Positions 35,248 through 38,193 of a stretch of 38,193 nucleotides of DNA are shown here, piece by piece. Position 1 is the stretch's first letter, and every line of letters begins with the position of its first letter. A program made the translations under genes and the position numbers. The notes beneath the pieces are model-generated. The model saw only the letters and a list, made by a program, of their open reading frames with translations. It was not told where the DNA came from and ran no database searches. Source of the stretch: Octopus bimaculoides. Taxonomy: Eukaryota. The stretch covers positions 4,725,946 through 4,764,138 of the forward strand of contig NC_069005.1 of assembly GCF_001194135.2 (NCBI RefSeq), in the 5' to 3' direction.

Positions 35248-35459
35248 ATTTTATTATGCATCGAACATTGGAAGTGTTGTTATGTCTGAATAAGAAAAGC
35301 CATCTCCCCACTCCTCGTCAAGAGAACGAGTTAGTTTTCTAACAACCGCAACTATTTAACGCTCACAGAGTAAAGCGAAAGATTTATGTGTTGCAACAAA
35401 CATTATTATTAATTTCTTGCAGCCAATTTAAACTCATATCTTTTAATAGAAAGAAATGT

Positions 35460-35460
35460 C

Positions 35461-35502
<42 letters not shown>

Positions 35503-35700
35503 TTCATCATCATCGTCACTGTCATCATCATTATCATCACAAACATATCATCAACATCAATTGGAACTGTCATCATTACCATTGCCTTCGTCGTCGTCGA
35601 CATGGTTGCTATTACTGTCATCTTCATAACTATCATCTTCCACATCAGCAGAAACATGATACTAACAACAACAGCAACAACAATAATGATAATAATGATG
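35460..35700. repeat. (CAT)n and degenerate trinucleotide block
   Basis: Direct inspection. Confidence 0.9.
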
Positions 35701-37434
35701 ATTTTATTTATTCGCCACAGGGGCGACGGATGAGGGTGGGGCAATACAAAGACAGACATAAAGCGTGTGAGGTCGGCTTATAATGAAATGATAAGAAAAA
35801 ATACAAAAAAAATGAAAATAAGAAAAGGATAGAAAGAAAGAAAGAAAGTATACAGGGTATACATTGAAAAAGAAGGTACAAATGCATAGCCAACAAAAGT
35901 TTTAAAAAAGGTTTCGGGGAGGATGACAGAGATGAAGGTGGTGCTCGATCATGGCCGCATTTTAATAAATGAAACGAAAGAAAAAAGATAGTGCTCGACT
36001 GTAGGCATTGCTCCGAGTAATAAGACATCGTGAATGTCTCACTGGCAACTAAAATATACTTTACATCGTGCATGAGGTAACACATCTTGAAGGAATTATA
36101 TTCTTAGTTTACATCCGGATACCAGCTCTGCTGGTGAAATCAAGGTAGACTTGATATTTTTCATTGAGAGTTGCTAAATTCCAACAGAAAGTAACTGTTC
36201 ACTAGGAATGAGCCGCATGAGGCAAACTCATTATCATTCACGCCGGAGTACAGAATTCTGGTTAGGCGTGCCATTTTGATTCTCCGGCATGTCACATGCA
36301 TCCAGCAGACGTTAGTTTACGCATGACACCTGTAGATGTTACAGATTCCAGCGGCATTTTCGCCAAGCGCTCCTTTGCAGGTTTCTAATCTATAGTCTTC
36401 TTTCCTATTCAATTCTCCACTAGTGATGGTTTTGTGTTGTGTAGGGAGCGGGCGGTTTCTAAATGAAACTATTATAACATAATTGCCATTGGTTTCTCAT
36501 GAACTGCAAAATTATATGAATATTGTTAAGAAGTTGGTGGAACGAATGTAATAATCGTTTAATGATGGACATTGTGTTAGAAATAATGCTTAAGGGAAAG
36601 AAAGAAACTTTGGAGAAATTTGAATCCTGTTGGTTACACGTACACCAACACACACGTACACACATGTACACACACGCACAAACATGTGTATACATGTATG
36701 TTGTATATTTAATTATTTGAATTGAGCCTGTAAGGAATAAGTTGGTTTCTAACAAAGTTATGAAACACCAGATTTGGAATGAAAAAACAAATATCAGTGG
36801 TATACGTTGAGTTTGAGAAATGTTTTGCATATTTTTAGTTTTCCACTTACAGCTCATATTTTTAATGTGTGTGTTAGCTAACGCACTTGCTTTCTGAAAA
36901 CCAAGTTTACCAATTATTATTAATAAAAATAAGAATTTATAAGCAAGATATATAAACTGAAGGATTCGAGGCAGTGTTCGGTAGTTATCTACTTTTCCTT
37001 CGATTTTCGAAGAGATATTCACGTGACATTTAGAATAGTACATACTTTTTTTCTTATCTGTTCCAAATAACTTGCATATATATACATATATGCGCACGTA
37101 TACATGTACGTGTATGTATGATCAATTATGACTATATATGACTTTCATAACGCTACTGTTAATATTTCAACGCCAAATGTACATAAGGAAAACACTTGAG
37201 TGATGACGGAACGGCTGTCATCTGTCTCCAAATGCAGGAGTGAAAACCTCATCATGTAAAACAGCTCCCTGCAGGTTCTGCAGCAAAAAAATTTGCCGCA
37301 TGGTCATTCTCAGACTACGTGACATTATCATCAAATGTGCATACGGATACCTATACATACATGTTCGTGTATGAGTGTGTGTATGTATGTATGTATATAT
37401 GCATGTATGTATATATGTATGTATATGTGTGTGT

Positions 37435-37630
37435 GTCTATTTTGTCCCCCATCCTTGCTTGACAACCGATATATGTGTGTTTAGGTCCCCGTAACATAGC
37501 GTTTCGGAAAAAGATACTGATAGAAAAATCACTAGGCTTACAAAGAAGAATTTCTGGGTTTCTGGGGTAAATTTGTTAGACTAAAGGCGGTGCTCCAGCA
37601 TTGCCGCAGTCAAATGACTGAAAGAAACAT
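37435..37630 (+). mobile_element. SINE family B, tail half preceded by a TGTA/TA microsatellite
   Basis: ttgtcccc...gcttgacaaccgat...gtccccgtaac...ctaaaggcggtgctccagcattgccgcagtcaaatgactgaaa. Confidence 0.9.
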
Positions 37631-37711
37631 AGATATATAGATAGATAGATAGATATGCATGCATATAATTTGGTTAATGAGAGACGGAAAATCAAAGATA
37701 CGAAAGTTTAT

Positions 37712-37928
37712 ATTCTTTTCTACGCTAGGCACAAGGCCCGAGATTTTGGGGGAAGGGTCCATTCTATTAGATCGTCCCCAGTACGCAAATGGTACTTAAT
37801 TTATCGAACTCGAAAGGATGAAAGGCAAATTCGACCTCAGTGGAATTTCAACGCAGAACGTAAAGACAGACGAAATACCGCTAAGCATTTCGCCCGGTGT
37901 GGTAACGTTTCTGCTAGCACGCCACCTT
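37712..37928 (-). mobile_element. SINE family A, full copy with 15-bp TSD (1 mismatch)
   Basis: gatacgaaagtttat (37697-37711) and gatacgtaagtttat (37929-37943). Confidence 0.95.
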
Positions 37929-38193
37929 GATACGTAAGTTTATTTTAATCACTACAATTGTTTCGACACATCAAGCATCGATCCCTCTCAGGCATCCGAC
38001 AGTGCAGATGTGTCTCTTTAGGTGATAAACAGATACAACTCATAGATACACACGACACAATAATTCTACTGCTCATAAGACAATAGAACAAATAAGCCAA
38101 ACAACAGTATAGGAGAGAGAGAGAGAACTAGATAAATAGGTTAGATAGGTAGATCAGCTCACATACATACATGCATACATACATACATATATA

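Noticed and set aside
35388-35783. Poly-His and poly-Met ORFs
   Set aside because: They arise from the (CAT)n microsatellite
36459-37097. 212-aa minus-strand ORF, and overlapping plus-strand peptide LRSWWNECNNRLMMDIVLEIMLKGKKETLEKFESCW
   Set aside because: AT-rich, includes a microsatellite, no recognisable motif and weak splice signals. A BLASTp or RNA-seq check would settle it.

Overview
AT-rich, repeat-dominated animal genomic DNA from a draft assembly with 9 N-gaps, 8 of which abut microsatellites. The dense (TA)n/(CA)n/(AAT)n arrays and the tRNA-derived SINE families resemble those of Octopus; this is inferred from recalled SINE sequences, not from a search. I recognise no host protein-coding gene, rRNA, intact tRNA or CRISPR array. 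Almost all ORFs in the track are translations of microsatellites or gaps. The window looks intronic or intergenic. It holds about 19 copies or fragments of one SINE family (A), about 13 pieces of a bipartite CORE-like SINE (B) with an internal microsatellite, and 3 copies of a tRNA-Arg-like SINE group (C). It also holds a frameshifted restriction-like-endonuclease fragment of an R4/Dong-type LINE and a few low-confidence exon-like segments. The most notable signal is a set of dispersed minimal type-I hammerhead-ribozyme motifs with palindromic helix III: one with an intact core at 6014-6059, near-intact ones at 270-309 and 13041-13082, and two decayed ones. These are typical of Penelope-like-element LTRs and retrozymes, and no cognate RT is visible here. 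Families A/B/C are my working labels.
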